A stretch of DNA of 64,000 nt, taken from contig JASGHJ010000002.1 of the NCBI GenBank assembly GCA_047602405.1, forward strand, positions 736,001 to 800,000, given 5' to 3'. Position 1 is the stretch's first letter, and each line of letters starts with the position of its first letter. The stretch comes from Anaeromyxobacteraceae bacterium (lineage in GTDB: Bacteria; Myxococcota; Myxococcia; Myxococcales; Anaeromyxobacteraceae). The notes beneath the pieces are model-generated. The model saw only the letters and a program-made list of their open reading frames with translations. It had not been told where the DNA came from and did no database searches. Below, in pieces: positions 8,991 through 21,855 of this stretch. The translations under genes and the position numbers were made by a program.

Positions 8991-9845
8991 ATGTCGCGTC
9001 CGCTCCGGATCGCCGTCGTCGGCCACGTCGAGCACGTCACGCTGGGTCGCGTCCCCGCCGTGCCCGGGAAGGGCGACATCGCCCACCTCGGGCAGCCGAG
9101 GTTCCTCCCCGCCGGCGGGGGCGGCCTGGCCTTCGCGCAGCTCGTCCGGAGCCCGGCGGAGGTCCACCTCTTCACCGCGGTGGGCGCCGACGAGGCGGGC
9201 CGCGAGGTCGAGGCGGCGCTCGCCGCCACCGGCGCCCGGATCCACGCCGCCCGCCGCGCCGGGCCCCACACCCGGGACCTCGTGCTGGTGACGCCGGACG
9301 GGGAGCGGACCATCGTGGTCGTGGGCGAGCCGCTCCACCCGCGCCGCGACGACCCGCTCCCCTGGGACCTCCTCGCCACCTGCGACGCCGCCTACTTCAC
9401 CGCCGAGGACCCGGCGGCGCTCGCCGCCGCGCGCGCCGCGCGGGTGCTCGTCGCGACCGCCCGCCGCCGCGAGGCGCTCGCCCGCGCGGGCGTCCGCGTG
9501 GACGTGGCCGTCGGCAGCCGCGCGGATCCCCGCGAGGCCGGCGCGCGCGAGGCCTTCGGTGGCCCGCCCGAGGCGGTCGTGATGACCGAGGGCGCGCGCG
9601 GCGGGACGATCGAGACCGCGGCGGGCACGGCGCGCTTCGCCGCCCCGCCGTCGCCGCCGCCCGGCGGGACCGCCTACGGCGCGGGCGACAGCTTCGCGGG
9701 CGCGCTCACGTTCTTCCTCGCCGCCGGCCTGCCGCTCCCCGAGGCGTGCGCCCGCGCCGGCGTGCACGGCGCCGCGGTGCTGGCCGGCGAGGACCCCATC
9801 TCCGCCCAGCAGCCCCTGACGCTACCCTCGACCCGCTCGCCCTGA
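8991..9845 (+). CDS. PfkB-family carbohydrate kinase
   Basis: GGG, DGERTIV, GAGDSFAG signature; alternative start 8982. Confidence 0.85.
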   Translation: MSRPLRIAVVGHVEHVTLGRVPAVPGKGDIAHLGQPRFLPAGGGGLAFAQLVRSPAEVHLFTAVGADEAGREVEAALAATGARIHAARRAGPHTRDLVLVTPDGERTIVVVGEPLHPRRDDPLPWDLLATCDAAYFTAEDPAALAAARAARVLVATARRREALARAGVRVDVAVGSRADPREAGAREAFGGPPEAVVMTEGARGGTIETAAGTARFAAPPSPPPGGTAYGAGDSFAGALTFFLAAGLPLPEACARAGVHGAAVLAGEDPISAQQPLTLPSTRSP

Positions 9846-9862
9846 GCCTGTCGAAGGGCGGG
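9833..9862 (+). repeat. REP-like palindromic repeat, copy 1
   Basis: CCGCTCGCCCTGAGCCTGTCGAAGGGCGGG, near-identical to 35832-35868. Confidence 0.65.
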
Positions 9863-11477
9863 TCACGCCGAGAGGATCTCCTCCAGCTGCACGAGGTCCG
9901 GCGGCTTCGCGACGTGGCGGTCGAAGCCCGCCTCGGCCGCGCGGCGGCGGTCCTCGGGCCGCGCGTAGCCGCTCACCGCGACGAGGCGCGCGTGCGCGAG
10001 CCGCGGGTCGGCCCGGAGCGCGCGGGCGACCTCGTACCCGTCCATGCCGGGCAGCCCGATGTCGCAGAGCACGACGTCGGGCGGCCGCGCGCGGGCCCGC
10101 TCGAGCGCGCTCGGCCCGTCGAAGGCGACCTCGGGGTCGTGGCCGAACAGCTCCACCACCTCGGCGAGGCTCTCGGCGGCGTCCCGGTTGTCGTCCACCA
10201 CGAGCACGGCGAGGCCCGGCCGCGCGCGGTCCTCGGGGCGCTCGCGCGCGACGTCGGGCGCAGGCGCAGGTCCCTGGGCGGGCTGCGCAGGGGCAGGCTG
10301 TGCCGGGGTGAGCCGGGCCTGGGCGGGTTGCGCCGGGGCCGGATGAAGCGGGAGGCGGAGCGTGAACTCGGCGCCGCGCCCCGGCCCGTCGCTCGCCGCG
10401 GTGAGCGTGCCCCCGTGCAGCGCGGCGAGGCCGCGCGCGAGCGCGAGGCCGAGGCCGAGGCCGCCGCCGGTGCGCGCGAGCGTGCGGTCGCCCTGCGCGA
10501 AGGGCTGGAAGAGGCTGGGCGCCGAGCTCGGGCGAGAACCCCGCGCCGGTGTCGCGCAGGCGCAGCTCGGCGCGGCCGCCCAGGTCCTCGAGCGCGAGGG
10601 TCACCTCGCCGCCCGACGGCGTGAAGCGCGCCGCGTTCTGCAGGAGGTTCCCGAGGAGCTGGCCGAGGCGGACCGGGTCGCCGTTCACCGGGATGGCGGT
10701 GCGCGGCAGGTGGACGAGCAGCCGGAGGCCCGCGTGCTCGAGGAGCTCCCGGTGATCCTCGGCGGCCCGCCGCGCGACGTCCACGAGATCGAGCGGCTCC
10801 TCGCGCAGCTCGATCTTGCCGCGGGCGATGCGCGTCACGTCGAGGAGGTCGTCGACGAGGCGGGCGAGGTGCGCCACCTGCCGGCCCACGACCTCGCGCG
10901 AACGGCGGGAGGCCTCGCTCCCCGGGGTCGCGTGGTCGAGCACGAAGAGCGCGCTGCGGATGGGCGCGAGCGGGTTGCGCAGCTCGTGCGACAGCACCGC
11001 GAGGAAGTCGTCCTTGCGGCGGTCGGCCTCGCGGAGCGCCTGCTCCGCGCGCACGAGCTCGGTGAGATCCGCCACGAGCACGAGGGCCCCCGCGACGGTG
11101 CCGTCGGGGCCGTGGAGCGGCGTCGCGCTCGTGCGCAGCCGCCGCGTCTCGCCGGAGGGGAGGGTGATGGTGCGCTCGGTCGGCTCGACCACGCGGCCCT
11201 CGAGGGCGTCGAACGCGATCGGCCGGGACGTGGCGCCGTCCTTGCCGCGGGGGTTGAAGCGCCCGTGGAAGGCGTCCACCGGGATGAGGAGCTCCTCGAG
11301 ACGCACGCCGAGCGCGCGCGCGGCCGCCACGTTCGCGAGCACCACCCGGCCGCGCCGGTCCGCGACGAGCGCGCCCTCGACCAGCGCGGCGACGAGGGGC
11401 GCGTGCTCGAGGAGCGCCGCGTCCGCGTCGTCCGCCGCGACGTGAGTCCTCGTCCCGGCTGAAGGCGCGGCCCGCAC
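9863..11477 (-). CDS. Hybrid PAS-histidine kinase-receiver protein; +1 frameshift near 10520
   Basis: [24 protein letters not shown]; after the shift [23 protein letters not shown] and receiver VVDDN...[10 protein letters not shown]...KP; start uncertain. Confidence 0.85.
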
Positions 11478-11526
11478 GGCCTCCCTAGGGTGGGCACGCA
11501 GGGGCCGGGGCGCCGCCGCCGGTCCC

Positions 11527-12333
11527 TCAGCGGGGGGGCGGGCGCCGTGCGCCGGTGGCGGCGACGAGCCAGCCGACCGCGCCGGGGAAGAGCCGCGCGG
11601 CCTGGAGCGCGACGGCGAGGCGCCAGGGCACGACGGCCCGCCGCGCACCCCGCTCCACCGCGGCGAGGAGGCCGGCCGCGGCCTGCTCGGGGGTGAGCCG
11701 GCCGAGCCAGGGGGCGATGCCGGGCAGGCGCTCCTCGGCGCCCGGGTTGTGCGCCCAGTAGCCGGAGCGCACCTCGCCCGGGCAGTAGAGGAGCGTGCGG
11801 ACGCCCGTGCCCCGGAGCTCGGCGCCGAGCGCCTCGTCGAGCCCGCGCACCGCCCAGCGCGCGGCCGCGTACGCCGCCGCGCCCGGCCACGGCGCGAACG
11901 CGGCCGGCGAGGTGACGTTGACGATCGTCCCGGCGCGGCGCGCGAGCATGCCGGGGAGCAGCGCGCGGGTGACGTGGAAGGCCGCGAGGTACGGCGCGCC
12001 GAGCGCCTCCCGCGCGCCGCCCGGCGGCGTCTCCTCGAGGAACCACCAGCGGCCGGCCCCGGCGTTGTTGACGAGCACGTCCGGCGGGCCCGCGGCGGCC
12101 TCGGCCTCCCGGGCGGCCCGGGCCGCGGCCTCCTCGTCGCCGAGGTCGGCGACCACCGGGTGGGCCGCGGCGCCCGCGGTCCGCACGCGGCGTGCGACGT
12201 CCTCGAGGAGCCCCGCGCTCCGGGCGATGAGCACGACCGCCCGCGCGCCGCGCCGCGCCGCGGCGAGCGCGGTCGCCTCGCCGATCCCGCTCGACGCTCC
12301 GGTGACGACCACCACCCGACCTTGCAGGCGCAT
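11527..12333 (-). CDS. Short-chain dehydrogenase/reductase
   Basis: TGASSGIG, VNNAG, YAAAR (YxxxK variant with Arg). Confidence 0.88.
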   Translation of the reverse strand: MRLQGRVVVVTGASSGIGEATALAAARRGARAVVLIARSAGLLEDVARRVRTAGAAAHPVVADLGDEEAAARAAREAEAAAGPPDVLVNNAGAGRWWFLEETPPGGAREALGAPYLAAFHVTRALLPGMLARRAGTIVNVTSPAAFAPWPGAAAYAAARWAVRGLDEALGAELRGTGVRTLLYCPGEVRSGYWAHNPGAEERLPGIAPWLGRLTPEQAAAGLLAAVERGARRAVVPWRLAVALQAARLFPGAVGWLVAATGARRPPPR

Positions 12334-12509
12334 GCCTCTTCTCTGGCCCGCGCGCCCACCGGGCGCAAGCTGCAGGTCGGGGCGCGTCGCACATCCGCGC
12401 AGGACGTCGCCGGTGGGCGGCGACCGGCCGGCGCCCGGAGTTCTCCGCGCGGGCGGCGGGCGCTACACTCGCGGAACCGGCCGCTCCCCTGGCCGACCGG
12501 AGGAACACC

Positions 12510-13014
12510 ATGAAGAAGCTCGCCACCGCGCTCGCCGCCGCCGTCCTCCTCGCCGCCCCGTCCGCCGTGCACGCCGGCGTGGTCTACGAGCTGTCGGCCG
12601 GCTCCGGCGCCCGGATCGACCCGAGCCCCAAGGAGCGGATCCCGACGAACGTGATGCTGGCGTCCGGCTTCAGCTTCGCCGGGATGCTGAAGCTCGAGCT
12701 CGGCCTCGTCGGCAACCTCTCCGACGTGAAGGACTCGAAGTTCGACCTCGCGCTCCGCCCGATGGTCGTCGTCTCCCCGCCGCTCTTCCCCGCTCTACGT
12801 CCGCGGCATCTTCGCGGTGAACGGGCTCGTCGAGGGCCCGACCCGCATCGCCTACGGCGGCGCGCTCGGCCTCTCGTTCGGCCTGTTCGGCATCGGCGTC
12901 TTCCTCGAGGCGGGCTACCTCCCGCAGGACATGGACCTCGTCGACGCGACCGGCAAGAAGGTGAAGACCCGCGTGAAGCTCGTCGAGGGCCGCCTCGGCG
13001 CCTACTGGGACTGA
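12510..13014 (+). CDS. Small outer-membrane beta-barrel-like protein; +1 frameshift near 12790
   Basis: GGAGG RBS, MKK signal peptide, amphipathic strands, aromatic C-terminus (GAYWD); removing one C from TTCCCCG joins the two ORFs. Confidence 0.7.
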
Positions 13015-13122
13015 GCCGCGCGGCGGATCCCGAACGGGCCATCGACGCCCGCGGGGTTCCATGAACAGGCTGGGCCTCCTCGCTCCCGGGTCACCCCGGC
13101 GGCACCCCCGAGGAGGCCCGGC

Positions 13123-14561
<1,439 letters not shown>

Positions 14562-14565
<4 letters not shown>

Positions 14566-15890
14566 GCCCGATCGTCCTCGCCTGCCTCCTGGCCCAGACC
14601 GCAGCAGCACCCGCGAAGCCCGCGGCTGCGCCCGACCCCGCCCCCGTGACCGAGGGCGACGTGACCGAGGCGCACGTCGGCGGGATGACCGTCCTCGTGA
14701 AGCGACGCCCCACCGCGGAGCTCGTGGCGGTGCAGCTGCACGTGCTCGGCGGCGCGCGCAACTGGACCGCCGCCGACGCCGGGGTCGAGGCCCTCGCGTT
14801 CCGCGTCGCCGCCACCGGCGGCGCGGGCAAGCTCGACAAGGAGGCGCTCGGGCGGCGGCTCGCCTCCCTGGGCGCGACGCTCCAGGGGTCCACCGGCCGC
14901 GACGACTCGGCGCTCGTGGCGAAGGCGCCCGCCGCCGCGTTCGAGGCGGTCTTCGGCCTCGTGGCCGACGCGTTCCTCGCGCCGGCCCTGCCCGAGGCGG
15001 AGGTGAAGCTCGCGCGCGAGCAGGCGCTCCTCGCGCTGCAGCAGGAGCGGGAGAACCCGGACGGCGCGCTGGGGCTCCTCACCGAACGTGTGCTGCTCGC
15101 GGGAACGCCGTACGCAAATCGCCCGCAGGGCACTCCGGAGACCGTGGCGAAGCTCGGGCGAGACGCCCTCCTCGCCCAGCTCGCGAAGCTGCGGGAGGGC
15201 GCGCGGCTCGTGCTCGTGGTGGTCGGGCCGGTGGCGCCGGAGCGGGTGATCGCGCTCGCCCGCCAGGCGTACGGCGGGCTCCCGCGCGGGAGCTTCGCGC
15301 CGGCGCCGTTCCCGCGCCCGTCCTTCTCCGCGCCCTCGCTCTCGGCCGAGCTCCGCAAGCTCCCCACGAACTACATCGAGGTCATGTTCGCCGCGCCCGG
15401 GCCCGGCGCGCCCGACTACCCGGCGGCCCGGATCGCGTCCTTCGTGCTCAACCAGCGGCTGTTCGAGGAGGTCCGCACGAAGCGGAACCTCTCCTACGCC
15501 CCGGGCGCGCGCTACGACGTCGCGGCGGGCGCCGCGTTCGGCGGGTTCTACGTCACGGCCGTCGATCCCGCCGCCGCGCTGCCGGTGATGGTGGGCGAGC
15601 TCGAGCGCCTCGCGACGCAGCCCGTGCCCGCCGCCGAGCTCGAGGGCGCGAAGTCGACCTACCGGACGGGCTTCCTCATGGCGCAGGAGACCACCGACGC
15701 CCAGGCGGCGAGCCTCGCGCGCGGGCTCGTCCAGGCGGGCGACTGGCGGTACTTCGGGCGGCTGCTCGAGGCGGCCGCGAAGGTGTCGGCGGCCGACGTC
15801 CAGGGCTACGCCGGCCAGTACGGGCGCAACCTGCAGGCCGTGGTCCTCGGGGACCCGGCGAAGGTCGACCCGCAGCTGACGGCGCGGTAG
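14562..15890 (+). CDS. M16-family peptidase, non-catalytic partner subunit
   Basis: GTGA overlap; lacks HxxEH; RLFEEVRTKRNLSY motif. Confidence 0.85.
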
Positions 15891-15992
15891 GCAGGTCCCG
15901 CTGGCGCGGCCCGGCGCAGTGCGGTAAACCGCTCTGCCCCGGGCGGAGCCCTGCCGGGGCCTTCACCACCGCACGGCACCGCTGGAGATCGC

Positions 15993-16715
15993 ATGGGACG
16001 CATCTTCGAGACGCGCAAGGCGACGATGTTCGCCCGCTGGAACAAGATGGCGAAGGCGTTCACGCGCGTCGCCAAGGAAATCACCATCGCGGTGAAGGCG
16101 GGCGGCCCCGACCCGCACACGAACCCGGCGCTCCGCCGCGCGATCCAGAACGCGCGCGGCGTGAACATGCCGAAGGACAAGGTCGACGGCGCCATCAAGC
16201 GCGCGGCCGGCCAGGACCAGGCGAACTACGAGATCGTGATGTACGAGGGCTACGCGCCCCACGGCATCGCGGTCATGGTCGAGACCGCCACCGACAACGT
16301 GGTCCGCACGGTCGCGAACGTGCGGATGCACTTCAAGAACAACGGCGGCTCGATGGGCAACACCGGCTCGGTCGCCTTCCAGTTCCAGAAGATGGGCGTG
16401 TTCCGGCTCGCGCCGGAGGGCATCGACCCGGAGGCGCTCGAGCTCGACCTCATCGACCACGGCCTCGAGGAGATGGGCGAGGGGACCGGCGAGAAGGGCG
16501 AGAAGCAGCTCGTCGTGCGCTGCGCGTTCCAGAGCTTCGGCCAGCTGCAGGCCGCGCTCGAGGAGCGCAAGCTCAACGTCGTCTCGTCGAGCTCCGAGTA
16601 CGTCGCGCAGAACCTCCTCGAGCTCGACGAGGAGAAGGCGAAGGAGGTCCTCAAGCTCGTGGACGACCTCGAGCAGGACGAGGACGTCCAGAACGTGTTC
16701 CACAACCTCGCCTGA
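15993..16715 (+). CDS. yebC: YebC/PmpR family protein
   Basis: [41 protein letters not shown]. Confidence 0.93.
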   Translation: MGRIFETRKATMFARWNKMAKAFTRVAKEITIAVKAGGPDPHTNPALRRAIQNARGVNMPKDKVDGAIKRAAGQDQANYEIVMYEGYAPHGIAVMVETATDNVVRTVANVRMHFKNNGGSMGNTGSVAFQFQKMGVFRLAPEGIDPEALELDLIDHGLEEMGEGTGEKGEKQLVVRCAFQSFGQLQAALEERKLNVVSSSSEYVAQNLLELDEEKAKEVLKLVDDLEQDEDVQNVFHNLA

Positions 16716-16820
16716 CGTCCACCCCCGGCGCCCGCGCCGGGGGACGACCCGCCCGGGAGGTCGGCGCGCCGGGCGGCCCGCGCTAGAGAGTGCTCTCCAC
16801 CGTTCACCCGGAGACACGCC

Positions 16821-17414
16821 ATGCGCACGCACCTCCTCGCCGCCCTCGCGGCGATCGCCCTCACCACCCCCGCGCTCGCGGGCGACAAGCACCCCGGCGC
16901 CCAGAAGCACCCCGGCGCCCAGAAGCAGCAGAAGCTCACCGTGAAGAGCCCCGAGCTCGCGAGCGGCAAGCTCGCCGACGAGCAGGTCTTCAACGGCTTC
17001 GGCTGCTCGGGCGGCAACGTCTCGCCCGAGCTCTCCTGGACGGGCGCGCCGCAGGACGCGAAGAGCTTCGTCGTCACCGCCTACGACCCCGACGCGCCGA
17101 CCGGCTCCGGGTGGTGGCACTGGGTCGTCTACGACATCCCCGCGGGCACGACCTCGCTCGCGAAGGGCGCGGGCTCAGGCAAGGCCGCGCTCCCCGAGGG
17201 CGCGAAGCAGGGCCGCACCGACTTCGGCGCGCCGGGCTTCGGCGGCGCGTGCCCGCCGCCGGGCAAGCCGCACCGCTACGTCTTCACGGTGTACGCGCTC
17301 AAGGTGGACAGGCTCGAGGTCCCGGCCGACGCCTCCCCGGCGATGATCGGCTTCATGACGCACGGGAACGCGCTCGCGAGCGGGTCGATCACCGCCACCT
17401 ACGGGCGGAAGTAG
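16821..17414 (+). CDS. YbhB/YbcL family (PEBP/RKIP-like) periplasmic protein
   Basis: [47 protein letters not shown] duplicated after the signal peptide. Confidence 0.92.
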   Translation: MRTHLLAALAAIALTTPALAGDKHPGAQKHPGAQKQQKLTVKSPELASGKLADEQVFNGFGCSGGNVSPELSWTGAPQDAKSFVVTAYDPDAPTGSGWWHWVVYDIPAGTTSLAKGAGSGKAALPEGAKQGRTDFGAPGFGGACPPPGKPHRYVFTVYALKVDRLEVPADASPAMIGFMTHGNALASGSITATYGRK

Positions 17415-17509
17415 CCGGCGCCCGCGGCGCGGACCCGGCCGCAGGGTGAAGTTGCGCCGGGGTCCGAAAACGGCCAGACGACGCGCCGCGGGCCGGCTAC
17501 AACCGGCCC

Positions 17510-18976
17510 GTGACGCTCAATCCCGACGCCTGCTTCGAGGCCCTCGCCGCCCGCGACGCGCGGTTCGACGGCCGCTTCTTCGTGGCGGTCCGGACGACCG
17601 GCATCTACTGCCGCCCGGTCTGCCCGGCGCGCACCCCGCGCCGGGACCGGGTGCAGTTCTTCCGGCGCGCGGCGGAGGCGGAGCGGGAGGGCTACCGGGC
17701 CTGCTTCCGCTGCCGCCCCGAGCTCGCGCCGGGCGGCGCCTCCGTGGACGCCCTGCCGCGGCTCGTCGCCTCCGCGGTGGCCCGCATCGACGCGGGCGCG
17801 CTGAACGAGGCCTCGGTCGACGACCTCGCGGCCGGGCTGGGCGTGACCGGCCGCCACCTGCGCCGGGCGATGCTCGCCGAGCTCGGCGTGGGGCCGGTCG
17901 AGCTCGCGCAGTCGCGCCGCCTCGCGCTCGCGAAGGCGCTGCTGCAGGACACCCGCCTGCCGCTCGCCGAGGTGGCGTTCGCCGCGGGCTTCGGCTCGCT
18001 CCGCCGCTTCAACGCGACGTTCCGGGACCGCTTCGGCCGGCCGCCGTCGGCGCTCCGGCGCGAGCACGGCGACGCCGCGGCACCCGCGACGCTCGTGCTC
18101 CGCCTCGACCACCGTCCGCCGCTCGCCTGGGACGAGCTCGCCGGCTTCCTCGCGGCGCGGTGCACGGCGGGCGTCGAGCAGGTGGAGGGCGGGGCCTGGC
18201 GGCGCACGTTCCGGATCGGGCGGCACGCGGGCTGGGTCGCGGTGCGGCCGGACCCGGGCCGCCCGGCGCTCCGCGCGGAGGTCTCGGTGGGGCTCGCGCC
18301 GGTGCTCATGCCGCTCGTCGCGCGGCTGCGCGCGCTCTTCGACCTCGACGCGCGGCCGGACGTCGTCGCGGCCCACCTCCGCGCCGATCCGCTGCTCGCG
18401 CGGTCGGTGCGGCGGCGGCCGGGCCTCCGGGTCGCCGGGGCGCTCGACGGCTTCGACGCCGCGGTGCGGGTGGTCGTGGGGCAGCAGGTGAGCGTGGCCG
18501 CGGCGACCACGATCGCCGGCCGGCTGGCGCGCGCGCTCGGGGAGCCCATCGAGACGCCGTTCCCCGGGCTCGACCGCCTGCCGGCCGCGCCCGCCGCCCT
18601 CGCGGCCGCGGGCGAGGACCGGATCGCCCGGCTCGGCATGCCGGGCGCCCGCGCGAGGACGCTGCTCGCGCTCGCGGGGGAGGTCGCGGCGGGGCGCCTC
18701 GCGCTCGACCGGGGCGGGGACCTCGAGGCGACGCGCGCCGCGCTGCTCGCGCTCCCCGGCGTGGGGCCGTGGACCGCGGAGGTGATCGCGATGCGCGCGC
18801 TCGGGGCGCCGGACGCGTTCCCCGCGGGGGACCTCGGGGTGTGGCAGGCGCTCGGCGTGCGGAGCGCGCGCGAGGCCGAGGCCAGGGCGGAGCGATGGCG
18901 GCCCTGGCGGGCGTACGCGACGGCGCACCTGTGGGCGTCGCTCGCGGATCGGAAGCGGGACGGAGGAGGTGCGTGA
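17510..18976 (+). CDS. alkA: Ada Zn-binding/AraC HTH - AlkA DNA-3-methyladenine glycosylase fusion
   Basis: TTGIYCRPVC, ACFRCRP, VGQQVS, LPGVGPWTA, FPAGDL, WRPWRAYA. Confidence 0.92.
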   Translation: MTLNPDACFEALAARDARFDGRFFVAVRTTGIYCRPVCPARTPRRDRVQFFRRAAEAEREGYRACFRCRPELAPGGASVDALPRLVASAVARIDAGALNEASVDDLAAGLGVTGRHLRRAMLAELGVGPVELAQSRRLALAKALLQDTRLPLAEVAFAAGFGSLRRFNATFRDRFGRPPSALRREHGDAAAPATLVLRLDHRPPLAWDELAGFLAARCTAGVEQVEGGAWRRTFRIGRHAGWVAVRPDPGRPALRAEVSVGLAPVLMPLVARLRALFDLDARPDVVAAHLRADPLLARSVRRRPGLRVAGALDGFDAAVRVVVGQQVSVAAATTIAGRLARALGEPIETPFPGLDRLPAAPAALAAAGEDRIARLGMPGARARTLLALAGEVAAGRLALDRGGDLEATRAALLALPGVGPWTAEVIAMRALGAPDAFPAGDLGVWQALGVRSAREAEARAERWRPWRAYATAHLWASLADRKRDGGGA

Positions 18977-19482
18977 TGGCGGAGACCGGCGCGATGGCGA
19001 AGGCGAGCGAGGCGAGGGTGCCGACCCCGGCGGGCGCGGTGCGGCTCACCGCGGAGGAGGGCCGGATCACGCGGGTGCGCTTCGAGACCGGCGGCGACGG
19101 CCCGCTCGCGGACGCCGGCGGGGCACGGGACGCGGCGGTGCTGCGCGAGGCCGCCGCGCAGCTCCGGGCGTGGGTGGCCGGCGAGCGCGCCGGGTTCGAC
19201 CTGCCGCTCGCCCAGCCGGGCACGCCCTTCCAGCGGGAGGTCTGGGCGGCGCTCGCCGCCATCCCGCCGGGCGAGACGCGCACCTACGGCGCCATCGCGG
19301 CGGCGCTCGGCCGCCCCGGCGCGGCGCGGGCGGTGGGCGCCGCGTGCGGGCGGAACCGGCTCGCGGTCCTCGTGCCCTGCCACCGCGCGGTGGGGGCCGA
19401 CGGGAGCCTCACCGGGTTCGCCTGGGGGGTGGAGCGCAAGCGGTGGCTGCTCGAGCACGAGCGGGGCGCTACAACGCGGTGA
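18976..19482 (+). CDS. ogt: Methylated-DNA--protein-cysteine methyltransferase
   Basis: GTPFQREVW, ARAVG, PCHR active site. Confidence 0.92.
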   Translation: MAETGAMAKASEARVPTPAGAVRLTAEEGRITRVRFETGGDGPLADAGGARDAAVLREAAAQLRAWVAGERAGFDLPLAQPGTPFQREVWAALAAIPPGETRTYGAIAAALGRPGAARAVGAACGRNRLAVLVPCHRAVGADGSLTGFAWGVERKRWLLEHERGATTR

Positions 19483-20066
19483 TGGACCTCGCCCCCGTGA
19501 CCCTGGCCGGCCGCCACGTGCGGCTCGAGCCGCTCGGACCGCACCACCTCGACGCGCTCTGGGAGGTCGCGCGCGATCCCGAGCTCTACCGGTTCACGCC
19601 GAGCGCGATCGGCACCCGCGACGAGCTCGGCCTCTGGCTCGTCGAGGCGGAGCAGGCGCGGCGGGCCGGCACCGCGCTCGCCTTCGCGACCGTGCTCGCA
19701 CAGGAAGGCCGGCCGGTCGGGAGCACGCGCTTCATGAACGCGAGCCCGAAGGACCGCCGCGTCGAGATCGGCTGGACGTTCGTGGGGCGCCCGTGGCAGC
19801 GCACCGCCGTCAACACCGAGGCGAAGTACCTCATGCTCCGCCACGCCTTCGAGGCCTGGGCGTGCCTGCGGGTGGAGCTCAAGACGAGCCACCGCAACGT
19901 CCAGTCGCAGGAGGCCATCCTGCGGCTCGGCGCGACGCGCGAGGGCGCGCTCCGCCGGCACACGCGCATGCACGACGGCACCTGGCGCGACACCGTCTAC
20001 TTCTCGGTGCTCGACGACGAGTGGCCGCGGGTGAAGGCGGGGCTCGAGGCGAAGCTGGCGCGGTAA
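19482..20066 (+). CDS. GNAT (RimL-type) N-acetyltransferase
   Basis: VRLEPL, VEIGWT, VNTEAKYLML, RLGATREG, RDTVYFS. Confidence 0.9.
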   Translation: MDLAPVTLAGRHVRLEPLGPHHLDALWEVARDPELYRFTPSAIGTRDELGLWLVEAEQARRAGTALAFATVLAQEGRPVGSTRFMNASPKDRRVEIGWTFVGRPWQRTAVNTEAKYLMLRHAFEAWACLRVELKTSHRNVQSQEAILRLGATREGALRRHTRMHDGTWRDTVYFSVLDDEWPRVKAGLEAKLAR

Positions 20067-20094
20067 GGCCTCCGCCGAACCTCCGCGCCCCGCC

Positions 20095-20437
<343 letters not shown>

Positions 20438-20584
20438 GGTGACCTCGAGTGCAGTCGGCGTGCCGGTCTCCGGGTGGCGCGCGGGCGTGATCCGGGGTGG
20501 CGCGCGGGCGCGGATCCGGGCGCGCGCGCGGGCCCCCGCACGGTTTCCGGGCAGCAGGTGCGAGGGAACCGGGCGCCCCGCGCA

Positions 20585-21232
20585 TCAGCCCCGCAGGCCG
20601 AGCCAGGCCACCGCGCAGAGGAGGCACGCCCCGGCGATGCGGTCCTGCCACTGGCCGCGCGCCCCCTCCGGCAACCACCGGCTCCCGCGCTCCGCCGCGA
20701 GCGCGTAGCCGACCAGGATTGGAGTCTCGGTGACGAAGGTCGTGAGCGCGTAGACCCCGATCTGCCCCGCCACGGGCCACGGCGCGGCGGGATCGAGGAA
20801 CGGCGCGAGGAACGCCGCGAAGAAGAGGATCGCCTTCGGGTTCGAGAGCTGGGTCGCCACCGCCTGGGCGAAGAGCGCCCGCGCGCGGCGATCCTCGCTG
20901 CGCGGTACCGTGGAGGAGCCCGTGGAGGGGGAGAGGGCGAACGTCCCCGCGGAGGCGCCGAGGAGCTTCACCGCGGTCCAGGCGAGGTACAGCAGGCCGC
21001 AGGCGCGGAGCGCGAGGAGGAGCCGCGGCGAGGCCGCGAGGAACGCGCCGAGCCCGGCCGCCGAGAGCCCGAAGTAGACGAGGTTCGCGACGCCGATGCC
21101 GAGCGCGCCGTAGCCGGCCCGTCGCCACCCGTGCCGCACGCCCTGGCTCGCGACCGTGAGCACCGCCGGGCCGGGCGTGAGCGAGAGCGTGACCTCGAGG
21201 ACGAGGAAGCCGAGCCAGAGCGAGGGGTTCAT
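20585..21232 (-). CDS. LysE/RhtB family translocator
   Basis: LTPGP, GLLYL, LSNPKAILFF; hydrophobic. Confidence 0.9.
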   Translation of the reverse strand: MNPSLWLGFLVLEVTLSLTPGPAVLTVASQGVRHGWRRAGYGALGIGVANLVYFGLSAAGLGAFLAASPRLLLALRACGLLYLAWTAVKLLGASAGTFALSPSTGSSTVPRSEDRRARALFAQAVATQLSNPKAILFFAAFLAPFLDPAAPWPVAGQIGVYALTTFVTETPILVGYALAAERGSRWLPEGARGQWQDRIAGACLLCAVAWLGLRG

Positions 21233-21357
21233 GACGCACGGGGCCAAAGCAAGGCCCGGTCCAGCCGGGGCGGGGCCGGGCATCCCGGGTGGGTCCGACA
21301 AGAAACTCTGTCTCATGACGGGCCTCGCGGGTGTGTAGGTTTCAGGAGAGCGAGCCC

Positions 21358-21855
21358 ATGACCGGACGTGGCTACCTGTTCGCGCTGGATCCCGCCGAGG
21401 TTCGCCTCGCCCTCGGGTGCATGACGAGCGGCGATCTCGGCGCGCTGCTCGCCGGCTGGCGAGGCGGCGCGCTCACCGCCGAGCTCGACAAGGCCTGGCT
21501 CACGATCGATCGTTGCCTCGGCGCGGGCGGCAAGTCCGGCGCCTCCGCCGCGCTCCTCGGCGGCATCCCCGTCGTGCGCGCCCGCGACGTCATCGCCTCC
21601 CTCATCCCGGCCGATCAGGTCGTCGAGGTCGCGCGGGTGCTCGAGGGCCTGGACCTCGACACCTTCCGTGACTGCTTCGAGGCGTCGCTGACGGGCGAGC
21701 CCGACGGCGAGTCGGAGGAGCTCGACCTCCTCTACGCCTGGGGCTGGTTCCAGCGGCTGCGCGGGCTCTACCGCGCCGCGGCGGCCGCCCGGCGCGCGGT
21801 CCTCTTCGCCGGGGAGCTCCGCCCCGGCTCCTGGCCGAGCAACGCCGCGGCTTAG
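21358..21855 (+). CDS. DUF1877/YfbM-like protein
   Basis: GYLFAL, ELDKAW, FQRLRGLYRAAA...AVLF. Confidence 0.65.
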   Translation: MTGRGYLFALDPAEVRLALGCMTSGDLGALLAGWRGGALTAELDKAWLTIDRCLGAGGKSGASAALLGGIPVVRARDVIASLIPADQVVEVARVLEGLDLDTFRDCFEASLTGEPDGESEELDLLYAWGWFQRLRGLYRAAAAARRAVLFAGELRPGSWPSNAAA